From Macrostomum lignano (Eukaryota), in NCBI GenBank assembly GCA_002269645.1, contig NIVC01001560.1, forward strand, positions 14,338 to 78,337: a stretch of 64,000 bases of DNA. Reading direction: 5' to 3'. The position numbers were made by a program, and so were the translations under genes. Positions 36,057-52,100 of the stretch are shown in pieces. Positions within the stretch are counted from its first letter, which is position 1, and each line of letters opens with the position of its first letter. The notes below the pieces were generated by a model. That model did not search any database. It was not told the origin of the DNA and saw only the letters and a list, made by a program, of their open reading frames with translations.

Positions 36057-37154
36057 TCAGATGAACTTGTTGACGCTGTTTGACTTCCTGCGCGGCCCGA
36101 ACGGGGCTAAGAATGTCCTGCCGGAGCTGGAGTTGCCCGTCACCAGCCCGGCGGAATTGCCCGCCGAAGATGACGAGGCGATGGCGAGGGGGCCGGTTAC
36201 CGAGGCGGCGGTGGCCAGGCCCGCCCGGCTGGTTCGCCGGTAGACCCCGATGGTGAAGTCGTCCGACCAGAGCGGGCAGATGCGCAGGTTGGACGGCCGG
36301 CGCAGACGGTCCCGGTCCCCAGTCGGCAGCATCTCGTCGGCCCAGACGTCCCACGGCACGATGGACTGCTTCGGCGGCACCAGCAGCTCCTGACGCTCGC
36401 CAGGCACTCGGGGATACCAGATTAACGACTGGGCAGCGTTGCAGTGCGGCGGGTGCATCGCTGACAGCGGCACCGACTTATCGGTTTCGCAGATTATCGG
36501 CAGCTCCGGCTGTTCGTCCATGACGGCTTTGAGTCGCCGGCCGAGTCTCTGGTGCGGATCAAACTGTAGATGCATTGTGTAGCGCCAGCGCATTGTCTTC
36601 AGCACGAATAATTCGTCTCGGCCCAAGTGGAATTGTTCGTTATTGGACCGTTGTCTGCGCAGAGCGACCAGCCACACCCAGAAGTCCTGCTTGCGTATGA
36701 CGTCAGTTAGGTGCACGCCGCCGCAGAACGGCAGCTGCCAAGCGACGGTCGGGTAGAAGTGGTCGCTGTAATGCAGGCGCACCTCGGATTCCGCCACGGT
36801 GCCGCGCGGTATCTCGCATTTGCTTGTAGTCAGGCTGTAGAACGGATACTGCCGCCCGTCGCTGTCGTTCACCATTTTGTGTCTCCGGGCGGACATAGGG
36901 TGAAATTCCCAGTGCGAGCTGCCGAATTTGCCGTACCTATTCTCCAGGTACATTCCATCGCAGGCCTGCACGAGACCCACCGTCCAGTGACTATTTGCCA
37001 CCGACTCCTCTAGTGTTAATGTGGTCTTGCAGCGGAAGTGCTGGCTCTCGTACTGCACTAGAAATGGCTTCTCGGACACTTTAGTCTGCGTGGAATTGTC
37101 ATAATACACTTTCATGCTCTTTACGTGGATTTTATCGACGTCGAACTTCGGCAT
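36057..37154 (-). CDS. FAM78: FAM78-family protein, intronless, 365 aa from the first in-frame ATG (MPKFDV)
   Basis: Motifs WTVGLVQAC, YG..GSSHWE, NDSDG..YPFY, DHFYPTVAW, QDFWVWLVA, PPHCNAAQSLIWYP and LLVPPK parallel recalled FAM78A/B motifs (WVVGWIQAC, DSDGVNYPWY, DNFYPSVTW, QSFTTWLVA, VIPPK). Confidence 0.88.
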   Translation of the reverse strand: MPKFDVDKIHVKSMKVYYDNSTQTKVSEKPFLVQYESQHFRCKTTLTLEESVANSHWTVGLVQACDGMYLENRYGKFGSSHWEFHPMSARRHKMVNDSDGRQYPFYSLTTSKCEIPRGTVAESEVRLHYSDHFYPTVAWQLPFCGGVHLTDVIRKQDFWVWLVALRRQRSNNEQFHLGRDELFVLKTMRWRYTMHLQFDPHQRLGRRLKAVMDEQPELPIICETDKSVPLSAMHPPHCNAAQSLIWYPRVPGERQELLVPPKQSIVPWDVWADEMLPTGDRDRLRRPSNLRICPLWSDDFTIGVYRRTSRAGLATAASVTGPLAIASSSSAGNSAGLVTGNSSSGRTFLAPFGPRRKSNSVNKFI

Positions 37155-37771
37155 GGTGAATTTGGTCGGCTGTCGGTAATCGTGCGTACTTTTTGTGTTT
37201 TTAGTCCTGCCAGCAGACCGGCTGAGTGCGCCCAGCAATCTCGTCGATGGGAGGGAAGTGCTGCGCCCCTAATCATTTTCACTTTCGTCTGTCAGGCTTG
37301 AGTCTGTTTTGACCATGGACTAAACGCAGTTCTGCTATAGGCGTAGTTACGAGCGTATATCCCAGAATGCAACGCTGCTGTCTATGCTCAAAAGACTTCA
37401 TTCATTGCATTGAGTTAGACCCGGCTGCACTGCTAAATGAGGGCAAAGAGTAGAAAGCGGCACACACGACTGCTTTTACTCGTAAGTAACAAGAGATAGA
37501 GCCGTCAATAAGTTGGAACCATGGAAACTCTGCAAAACCCTCTCTGATGTCACGGATGCAGTGCACGTGATTCCCATCATTCGGCGCGTTTCTCGTGTCA
37601 ATAAGGGCAAGCAAAGTCGAACATAAAAGTCTGCTTTGATTTACTAATTAGTGTTTGGTTCTCTGATATGCTTCACCTGTCTATAGTCACAACAGAGCAC
37701 TTTTTTGTGTGGATAAATGTACATAGCCGATAGCTTTAAATAGATATTTCATGGACTCACAGCCTTCAGTA

Positions 37772-38697
37772 GTAATCCTTCAACGCTTGTCGCAACAATG
37801 CACTCATCCTTCAACGCTTGTCGCAACAATGCACTCATCCTTCAACGCTTGTCGCAACAATACACTCATCCTTCAACGCTTGTCGCAACAATACACTCAT
37901 CCTTCAACGCTTGTCGCAACAATGCACTCATCCTTCAACGCTTGTCGCAACAATGCACTCATCCTTCAACGCTTGTCGCAACAATACACTCATCCTTCAA
38001 CGCTTGTCGCAACAATACACTCATCCTTCAACGCTTGTCGCAACAATGCACTCATCCTTCAACGCTTGTCGCAACAATGCACTCATCCTTCAACACTTGT
38101 CGCAACAATGCACTCATCCTTCAACACTTGTCGCAACAATGCACTCATCCTTCAACACTTGTCGCAACAATGCACTCATCCTTCAACGCTTGTCGCAACA
38201 ATGCACTCATCCTTCAACGCTTGTCGCAACAATGCACTCATCCTTCAACACTTGTCGCAACAATGCACTCATCCTTCAACGCTTGTCGCAACAATGCACT
38301 CATCCTTCAACGCTTGTCGCAACAATGCACTCATCCTTCAACGCTTTTCGCAACAATGCACTCATCCTTCAACGCTTGTCGCAACAATGCACTCATCCTT
38401 CAACGCTTGTCGCAACAATACACTCATCCTTCAACGCTTGTCGCAACAATGCACTCATCCTTCAACGCTTGTCGCAACAATGCACTCATCCTTCAACGCT
38501 TGTCGCAACAATGCACTCATCCTTCAACGCTTGTCGCAACAATGCACTCATCCTTCAACGCTTGTCGCAACAATACACTCATCCTTCAACGCTTGTCGCA
38601 ACAATGCACTCATACTTCAACGCTTGTCGCAACAATGCACTCATCCTTCAACGCTTGTCGCAACAATGCACTCATCCTTCAACGCTTGTCGCAACGT
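37772..38697. repeat. 31-bp minisatellite (atccttcaacgcttgtcgcaacaatgcactc), ~30 copies
   Basis: Direct periodicity; no unique spacers. Confidence 0.97.
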
Positions 38698-38923
38698 CCC
38701 AACTTGACTCTTGAACAGAGTATTTGAAAATCATTGGTCGTTTTGGTTTTGGCTCTCTTGGATAGTTTTGCAAAATAAAGAAATACATGCGTAAACATGT
38801 GGTGTCTAGTTCGGAGAAAATCAGTCAAACACGCCGTGATGGAAGTGTTAAATGTATTTTTTTGCTTGGCTTATCATTGCTGTCTAAAAGAAGCGACAAT
38901 CACGCAAGAAAAATACGATGAGG

Positions 38924-40266
38924 CTTCACAAGCGCTAATTTTCATAAGCGCTAACTCACTCACTTTCACAAGCGCTAATTTTCAAAAGCGCTAACTCACC
39001 TACTTTCACAAGCGCTAACTTTCATAAGCGCTAACTCACCTACTTTCACAAGCGCTAATTTTCATAAGCGCTAACTCACCTACTTTCACAAGCGCTAATT
39101 TTCATAAGCGCTAACTCACCTACTTTCACAAGCGCTAAACTTCACAAGCGCTAAACTTCAGAATAGCGAAACCACCTACTTTCACAAGCGCTAAACTTCA
39201 CAAGCGCTAAACTTCAGAATAGCGAAACCACCTACTTTCACAAGCGCTAAACTTCACAAGCGCTAAACTTCAGAATAGCGAAACCACCTACTTTCACAAG
39301 CGCTAAACTTCACAAGCGCTAAACTTCAGAATAGCGAAACCACCTACTTTCACAAGCGCTAAACTTCACAAGCGCTTAACTTCACATTAGCTACGAATTT
39401 GTCACCTACTTTCACAAGCGCTAAACTTCACATTAGCTAAACTTCACAACCGCTAAAACACAAATGTCGCCTATTTTCACAAGCGCTAAACTTCACAAAC
39501 GCTAAACTTCAGAATAGCGAAACCACCTACTTTCACAAGCGCTAAGCTTCATAATAGCATACAAATTCGCCACCTACTTTCACAAGCGCTAAACTTCACA
39601 AACGCTAAACTTCACAACCGCTAAAACACAAATGTCGCCTGACTTTCACAAGCGCTAAACTTTACATTAGCTAAACTTCACAACCGCTAAAACACAAATG
39701 TCGCCTACTTTCACAAGCGCTAAACTTCACAAACGCTAACCTTTACAATCCCCAAAACACGAATGTCGGTTTCTTTTACAAGCGCTAAAATGTTAATTTA
39801 CTATATATACTCACAATATACTAAATCTCTAAGATCTGTCTGTCTGACCGGTATTCCAGTAATATACTAATACTAATATACTATACTAATACACTAATAT
39901 ACTATTTTAGCGCTTGTGAAAGTAGACGGCATTCGTGCTTAGCGTTTGTGAAGTTTAGCGTTTGTGAAGTTTAGCGCTTGTGAAGTTTAGCGCTTGTGAA
40001 GTTTAGCGCTTGTGAAGTTTAGCGCTTGTGAAGTTTAGCGCTTGTGAAAGTAGTTGGTTTCGCTATTCTGAAGTTTAGCGCTTGTGAAATTTAGCGTTTG
40101 TGAAAGTAGGTGGCGAATTTGTAGCTATTGTGAAGCTTAGCGCTTGTGAAGCTTAGCGCTTGTGAAAGTAGTTGGTTTCGCTATTCTGAAGTTTAGCGCT
40201 TGTGAAATTTAGCGCTTGTGAAAGTCAATGTCGTTAGCGGTTATGAAAATTAGCGCTTGTGAAAGG
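38924..40266. mobile_element. Foldback-like non-autonomous element with internally repetitive inverted arms
   Basis: Left arm 38924-39790 is built of ttcacaagcgctaaac modules. Right arm 39905-40264 carries their reverse complement. The outer ends match (ttcacaagcgctaattttcataa.cgctaac). AT-rich ~115-bp spacer; no clean TSD. Confidence 0.72.
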
Positions 40267-40557
40267 GACCCAAAAATACAAGGCTAGTTTTTGCCTACTT
40301 CATGTAGTAGACAGTGGTCCATGCATAGTAACTGACACGTCGTATTCTTCCCTAACAATGCAAACAATATTTCTTCCAGTTCAGTTACAAAATTGAAACA
40401 ATTATAAGTAAAATATAACTCACAGTATGTGAAGCAGGTGCTAGGAAAAACAGCGAATCAACGAAAACTGTGCAAAAATAAAACTGTGAAATTTTTTGTT
40501 TGTACGTTACGAGTACATAAGTAAATGCGAGATCACACAGGTGAGAGCGTGAGCACT

Positions 40558-40730
40558 CCATTGGACTGGGTAAGCAGATCGGTGGTTGATGTCCAGTGGA
40601 CTGGGGAGAAGACCGGTGGTTGATGTCCAGTGGACTGGGGAGAAGACCGGTGGTTGATGTCCAATGGACTGGGGAGAAGATCGGTGGTTGATGTCCAGTG
40701 GACGGGTAGAAGACCATGGTTGATCACATC
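40558..40730. repeat. 34-bp repeat, ~4.5 copies (cggtggttgatgtccagtggactggggagaagac), 3' of CCDC24
   Basis: Direct periodicity; each unit has a ccagt-gg-actgg mini-palindrome. Confidence 0.88.
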
Positions 40731-40871
40731 CAGCAAAAACCAAAAGCTCACAATGGTCAAGCAGCACTCTATCTGAATTGCTGAAGCATCTGACCACAAC
40801 TATTTTGAAGACTAAAAACTGAACTGCGATGCAGACAAACAGAAGCTGAAAAAAACCTGAAATCTGTCACT

Positions 40872-44664
<3,793 letters not shown>

Positions 44665-47600
44665 AGCTGCGCTTTAGAATTATTTTCTGCTCTCCTCCGC
44701 CTGGGAATGAAGAAAGCAAAATATCCGGTGTTCTGGATGAGTCTATCAGTCTAAACAGCAAATTCCAATGGTAATAATAAAAAATATAAATGCATAAAAC
44801 TTAGAAATATTAAATGCTTAATATAGCATATCCTGTTAAACCCAAGTTAAGTTCAGCTGGAGAAAAACGTCAGTTATAATTGAAACAATAATCTTTTTTA
44901 GTTGTTATGTTTTCTAGTTAGTTTTTGTTCCTGCTCAACTTATTATACAATGACCAAATTAAAGCAAGTACATATTTTATATTTCGAAAACTATAAAATC
45001 GAGCATATAACCACACATTCATGATATGATGAGATTCATTCTAATAAGGAATATAAAAAATTACCAGTCAGTCACTTAGGTCTCAGATTGAAGTTGTAAA
45101 TATTTTTGCCAATTTACTTTTGATAATGAAAATTAGACAAATTTGCGGATATTACAAGATCACTGAAATAATAAAAGTCGTAAAAATGATCGAGAATAAC
45201 CAAGAAATCATTCAATAATCTACATTAGATTAAATAAATTTAAAGTGCTTCCCATTGTTTTAATTGTCAATATAAGGTTTATAGTAACACAATTTCAAGA
45301 GCTATAATTTGCCTGCAGTGCTAAAACCAAGCCTGTGACGCTAAAATATTTCGTTCAGTTCAGAGACTAGGAACTAGGACTGGGCGGCATAGTGGCAAAA
45401 ATCTTCTGTGGTGTAATTTACCATCGATTGTTACAATAACATTTACTATGCATGTTTTGCCCGCGACTACCCTCACCAGATGAAAATCCTGGCGTCTAGC
45501 TACACCACTGAACGTCAGAACGTGAAGGTGGAATCTCTGAATTACGATATCGCTGGGATCCGACCTCGATCTGACCTAAAATTGGTCATTGACTTTTAAT
45601 TTATTGTTCATTTAATTTACAGTAGTTTCAGTCGTTTTAACAAATACTTTGGCAGTGGTGTGAAGTTCAAAGCTAAAACGAACAATTTTACTGTCATTTA
45701 TTAAGAATCACTATATCAATAACCATCGATATCTAAAAGCAAGCCGAAGTGTATAGCAGTTCTAGGTTTTAAATAATACATTTGTTAATAATTTCAACAT
45801 CAGCTAGCTAGTTCTACGGGCCCCATGTGATTAGGCCTTGTCGCCTGCCTTCTTTTTATATACATTAAATATTAGAGTCCTAGGCCTATCCCTTTTAACA
45901 GCCACGCGCTTCGCCTGTATTTTAATCTGCAATTGGCTTTGAGTCAAATAAATGACAGAACTTATCAACCTACTGTCTCTTATCTGTTATCTTTTCTGAA
46001 CTGAACCTAGGCTAGGCCTATACACTTTCCTTAGGCCTATAGGCCTACTAATTTACTTATGTTCTACAACTAAGCTGTCAGGAGGCGGCCTGGCTTAGTT
46101 CTTTTAAAAAAGCTGAGCTGCTCCTGCTGAAGCCAAGGCAGAAAAGCTGCCAAAACTTCAAATGCTTAACTTAAGTATCCAGGCGAAGTGTTTAGGCCTT
46201 GTTTATTGTGTTTGATATAAATCTGTAAGTAAGTTAGGCCTATACTATGACTAGGCCTAATATAAAATAGGCCCTACTCATACTAGGCTAGGTATAATAT
46301 GAGTATTTTATATTTGTAGAACAATTAGCAACTTTCATTGTTTTTGTTAACTGAGCCTATTCCTGGCATAATCTTTGGGCCTTGTTTTCCTGCGTTAAAT
46401 TAGGCCTATGAGTTAAAATTAGTCCATAGCAGTCAATAGTCCACTGAGCTCACTAAATGGCATAATAATAAACAACCCAGATCTAGTTAGAAACTACAAA
46501 TTAGGAACTTTACATATGAATATCATTGAAGGGACTTGGATGCATATCAAGGCAAACTTCCAAAACATGAATAGCACTAGCAATGGCCTATTCAATTTGC
46601 ACTTGATTACTTGAATGAGTACTTCTGGCGCCACCTTTACTTAGAAAAGTCCTTTGGCTATTTCTTGTTCTAGGTAACAACTGGATAAGCCAAGGTAAGT
46701 CGCAAAATTGAAAACAAAAAATGAAAAATTGGGGGAGGAAAGAAAAGAGAAAAAGAGAAAGGGAAAAGAGAAAAAGAAAAGAGAAAGAAAAACAAGAAGT
46801 CATATACAAAGTGAAAATTAAGTCACAATTGGGGGAACTAAAGTCACAATTGAAAGGAACAAAGTCACAAATCTGGACAAAACTAAGTCACATTGGACAT
46901 GTGAAATTTTGAGGTTGGGCATATATGTTAGGGCCTAATAAAAATTGTAGAAATATAAAATTTCAAAATCTCACTGGAGTCCCTAGTCTGTCTACTAAGT
47001 CTACTAAGTCTGACTAGACAGGTGAAGATAGGCCTAATTAATACTAATTAGATGACAAGGTATTTACTCCTGCTGTTTACCCAAACCATTAATACCATTA
47101 TTGGGGTTGTGGGAAAATCTGGCAATGAGATCATTGTTTCCTTTTGTTTGTATGCCATTTTGGATAATAAAACAAAAGAAAAATGAAGAAAGTAAAAAAT
47201 TAAAAATAAGTTTTGCTCTCTTGCAGAAAATAATAAAAAATGCTAATTTTTCTACTGTCAGTAGCTTTAGAAAACTTCAAATGCAAAAAAATGCCCATGC
47301 AGGACACTTTACACACAAACTGATTATTGCATTGTATTCAGATAGGCCTATGAAATCTATGCTAAAAAAAGATTTCAAAACTTTGTTGCTTCTTTTCCAT
47401 AATAAAAAGATATTTTTTAAATCCTTATGGACATTCAGTGCAAAAACTACAACCTAAGAAAATTCTCCACAGGAATACCTTTTTTGGATGTGTTAATTAC
47501 AATCAATACACTCTACAAGGCCCTGTTTGAAACCAAACATTGAATCATTGCTGTCATTAGAAGGGTTTGAAAAAAATTCCCACTAGCCAAATAGGGACAT

Positions 47601-48675
47601 TAGGAAATTTTTTCTTGCTGTTTTGTCCTTGAACACACTTTAATTGCTACTCTACTCATATCTGGTCTTTATTTGTGTTTAAATGGGCTTAATTTACTCT
47701 AAATTTAAATTTCCAAAACATTGGTTTTTTAAGTTGTGTCCTCACTTTGGTTTTTCTACCAAAAGTAGCCAAACTTCCATCTAACATAGGCCCCTAACTT
47801 GGTTTGTGTTGCACATTTTAAGATAGTTAAAAACTATTGACATATGTTCCATTTTTGTCTGTTTTCAGTGTATGTTTCAATTTTTCTGGTTCATTTGTAT
47901 ATTGGCTCTATTTCAATTTATGATAGGCACTATTTACATTTTTTCTGCGACTTTTGGCCCTGTTTTTCAGCTCGTCAGAGTCCCTACTTGATATATAAGG
48001 CCTATATTTTTGATAAAAAATTATTTCAACAATTGTTTAAATGTTTTTAAAAAAAATTATAAATCAAAAAAAATTCTTATTATTTTATTAATATATTGCA
48101 ATGTCATATATTTATATATGCTAATCTATATGCCAAAGCCCTATCCACAAATCTACTATGCATATATATATTATATGCCAGAATATTCTATATAATGGTT
48201 ATCTTCAATATATTATATTTATAGGATAGGATTACTAGTTTAAATCAATTAGATTAAGTAGATTTTCAATACAAAATGAAAGTATATAACTAATTAGATC
48301 TTGGCTTAGCTTTTTTCTTTGGCAATTAGCTAGCAGAAAATATTAAAAGTATAGGCCTAGATAAAAAGCTTTGTATATATATATATAAGTTATTTTAGTT
48401 TTTGTATTGAGGTATATAGATATATAAATATATAGGTGGTACATAAATTTGTAATAAATCATTTATAATTATAGAGATGTATCTATAAATCAGGAAGGTC
48501 ATTCATTATAAAACTTTAAGACAGTCACCAAAGACATGCAAAGAAATCTACACAAAAGGATCTTATAAAACTAAAAAAGACAAATTGACTAATTGACTTA
48601 AAATATTGACCCTATGATAGACACTTAACACAAAACACACAAATACATGTAGCTGTTTAGAAGAAGAAAGAAAAG

Positions 48676-49008
48676 GCAGGGGGGTTGTGTGCACCCTGGC
48701 GCACCTTAAGCGACATAGGCACACAACTTGCGAGAGGCATTACTGCCAATTCCGCCAACTCCCCTGAGTAGGCACACAAGCGCGCGGATACGTACGCAGG
48801 CACACACTCACACAGGAGTGTACAGCGGCCCTAACTTTATTTTTATTGTTAGGCATGTACACTTCACTGCGCCTTGGGGGTTTGGCTCTCAAGGCCATTA
48901 ATTGCACGAGCAGAGCCAAGCCGAGATTCCAATTCAGCCCCAAATTAATGTGACTGCACTTGGAATCAAGCCTGGGTCGCTGGCACACCAGAGCCTGCGC
49001 TAGACTGC
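48676..49008 (-). mobile_element. tRNA-derived SINE-like repeat, family 1, copy B, ~120 bp upstream of the ATAD2 ATG
   Basis: Reverse complement aligns along copy A. It has an extra ~20-nt segment (agccaaacccccaaggcgca) shared with copy C, and a T/CTT-rich tail. Confidence 0.78.
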
Positions 49009-49124
49009 TGGGCTATGGCCCCCCTTCATGTAGCTGTTTACTTTGATATGTCTCTATACTTTTAGATCAAATCCTGAAGTATATTATAGCCAGATGTTTT
49101 GCTGTTTTTTTTAATCCAGCCCAC

Positions 49125-52100
49125 ATGGTACACACGAGGCGATCCGATGCCCTCGAGATAAGTGGCAGCAGAGGCTGCGGCGCCGGCAGCAATGCCAGCG
49201 CCTCTCCAGTGTTTAACAATCGAAAATCTGGCGGCAGTGCCACATCACCGCAGCGTCAGTTGCAGCCTCTGCAGCAGCCTCATCATCATAACCATCACCA
49301 CCATCATAGCCATCATCACCAGCAGCAGCAGGACTATGACTCCAGGCCAGATGGTCGCCCGAGAAGACTAGCCGCCAGTGAGAATGGTGCTCATATTGGC
49401 GACAGTCGGAAGCGTCGCCTGCGATACGCCGTCAGCACAGAGGATGAGGAGGATGAAGATGACGAGGATGAGCACGAATTGGTTGGCAACGGAGGGCTGG
49501 GTCACAGCGAAGACGACGATGGAGAGTCTTTAGATAGACGTAGCCGGCAGCCTCGACGCGTCGTTGAACGACTGTCGCGCCGGCGCAGCCGACAGCAGAA
49601 GCGGCCGCGTCGGCACCTTCAACAGAGTGACGTTGATGAAAACGTCGACGAAGATGACGAGGAGGATGATGCAGAGCAGGCAGCTGAGGCGGCGACGGTG
49701 TCGAAGAATGCGACAGACGAGCAGCAGCAGCAGCAGTTCTCCGATATGTACACCCGGGTGAAACGGCCGCGCAAGAAGTTCATCCGCGACATGTACGGCC
49801 AACTAGTTGCCGTCGAGAATCAAGTCAGCGCCAAGGGTCGACGCCGCAACAGAGAGGCAGAGGAAGAAGAAGACGACGAGGAAGAGGGCGCCACCGAGGA
49901 GGACGCTGCCGGGGGAGGCGGCGGCGGCCAGCAGCGTCGGCCGTACCAGCTCAGACAGCACAGGCGGCGCACCGACGTCTACCAGACGTCGGCCTACGAA
50001 GCCATGCCACGTCGGAGTCGCGGAGGCGGAGTCGGCGGCGTCGGCAGCAGCCGGGAAGCGTCTTACCGGCGTCGCCAGCGCTCGTCGTCCGGTCGAGCTT
50101 GTCGCCGACGTCGCCGATCGCTTCAAAGAAATCGGCACGGCTCGTCTAGCACCGAGTCGTCCTCGTCGTCGTCCTCCGGCTCTGACTCAGCCGACGACAA
50201 TGCCAACGATGAGCGTCGATTTTTGCGTCGAAAGAATCGCAGCATGGCCAAGGCTAGACTGCGCTGTCTGCCGATGAATCTGGCCATGCAGGATGCGGAA
50301 CGGGGCATCCGTCGGGACCGGTCAAAGATTGGCGCCAGTCTGGCCGACGTCGATCCGATGTCGATCGACACCGGCGTCACATTCGAATCGATTGGCGGCC
50401 TCGGCGACCATCTGCGCTCGCTGAAAGAGATGCTAGTATTTCCTATGCTGTACCCGGAGGTGTTCGCCCATTTGAGAGTCGATCCGCCCCGCGGCGTACT
50501 GTTCTACGGGCCGCCTGGCTGCGGCAAGACTCTGGTTGCCAGGGCTCTGGCTAACGAATGCGGCCGGGCCGACGCCAGGCGCAAAGTTGCCTTTTTTATG
50601 CGCAAAGGCGCCGACTGTTTGAGCAAATGGGTTGGAGAGAGCGAGAGACAGCTCAGGCTGCTGTTTGATCAGGCCTATCAGATGCGGCCTAGTATTATCT
50701 TCTTTGACGAGATTGACGGCTTGGCGCCAGTAAGATCGACTAGACAGGATCAGATTCACAGTTCCATTGTGAGCACTCTGCTGGCGCTGATGGACGGCTT
50801 GGATGCTCGCGGGGAGGTGTGTCTTTTATTTTCGAATATATTGAGAATATATTAGATTATTGCTGTTATATTCCTCTGTGTTGTTACTGATGGATGCATT
50901 GAGCACAATTATCTAGTTTTATTGGTTGCTATGGTCGCTAAGTACATCCTATTGTTGGTTTCTATGGGCGCTATATACGTCACTGTTTTTGGTTGCTATA
51001 GTCGCTGAGTACACCTTAGTGTTGGTTGCTATGGGCGCTGAGTACATCTTAGTGTTGGTTGCTATAGGCACTGAGTACATCTTAGTGTTGGTTGCTATGG
51101 GCGCTGAGTACATCTTAGTGTTGGTTGCTATGGGCGCTAAGTACATCCTATTGTTGGTTGCTATGGGCGCTAAGTACATCCTATTGTTGGTTGCTATGGG
51201 CACTGAGTACATCTTAGTGTTGGTTGCTATGGACGCTGAGTACATCTTAGTGTTGGTTGCTATAGGCACTGAGTACATCTTAGTGTTGGTTGCTATGGGC
51301 GCTAAGTACATCTTAGTGTTGGTTGCTATGGGCGCTAAGTACATCCTATTGTTGGTTGCTATGGGCACTAAGTACATCTTAGTGTTGGTTGCTATGGGCA
51401 CTGAGTACATCTTAGTGTTGGTTGCTATGGGCGCTGAGTACATCTTAGTGTTGGTTGCTATAGGCACTGAGTACATCTTAGTGTTGGTTGCTATGGGCGC
51501 TAAGTACATCTTAGTGTTGGTTGCTATGGGCGCTAAGTACATCCTATTGTTGGTTGCTATGGCCACTAAGTACATCTTAGTGTTGGTTGCTATGGGCGCT
51601 AAGTACATCTTAGTCTTGGTTGCTATGGGCGCTAAGTACATCTTAGTCTTGGTTGCTATGGGCGCTGGGTAAATGCTAGTGTTGGTTGCTATTGACAGGT
51701 ACATCAGTAGTATTTATTTTTCATCATTCTTCATAATTCATAATGGTTGCTATGGCTGCCCCAGGTGATCGTGATCGGTGCCACCAACCGGCTGGACAGC
51801 ATCGATCCCGCGCTGCGCCGTCCCGGCCGATTCGATCGGGAGCTTCGTTTCTCGCTGCCTAACGAAGCAGCCCGTTTGGAAATTCTTCGTCTACATCTCG
51901 GACACTTTCAACTGTCCGAGGAGACGCTGCGCTCGGTGGCCGAGTCTACAGCCGGCTATTGCGGCGCGGATCTGAAAGCCTTGAGCACCGAGGCCGGCCT
52001 GTCCGCGCTTCGCCGAGCTTATCCGCAGATCTACTACAGCAAGGATAAACTGCTGCTGGATAATGCCAGAATCTCAGTTAGCGCCGGAGATCTGACCGCC

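Noticed and set aside
37772-38697. 31-bp repeats (and the 30-36-bp arrays) as CRISPR
   Set aside because: Head-to-tail units with no unique spacers, no cas genes, and a eukaryotic context.
45404-45511. Possible small MITE (ctgtggtgta...ctacaccactg)
   Set aside because: The inverted ends are short and imperfect, with no TSD and no second copy.
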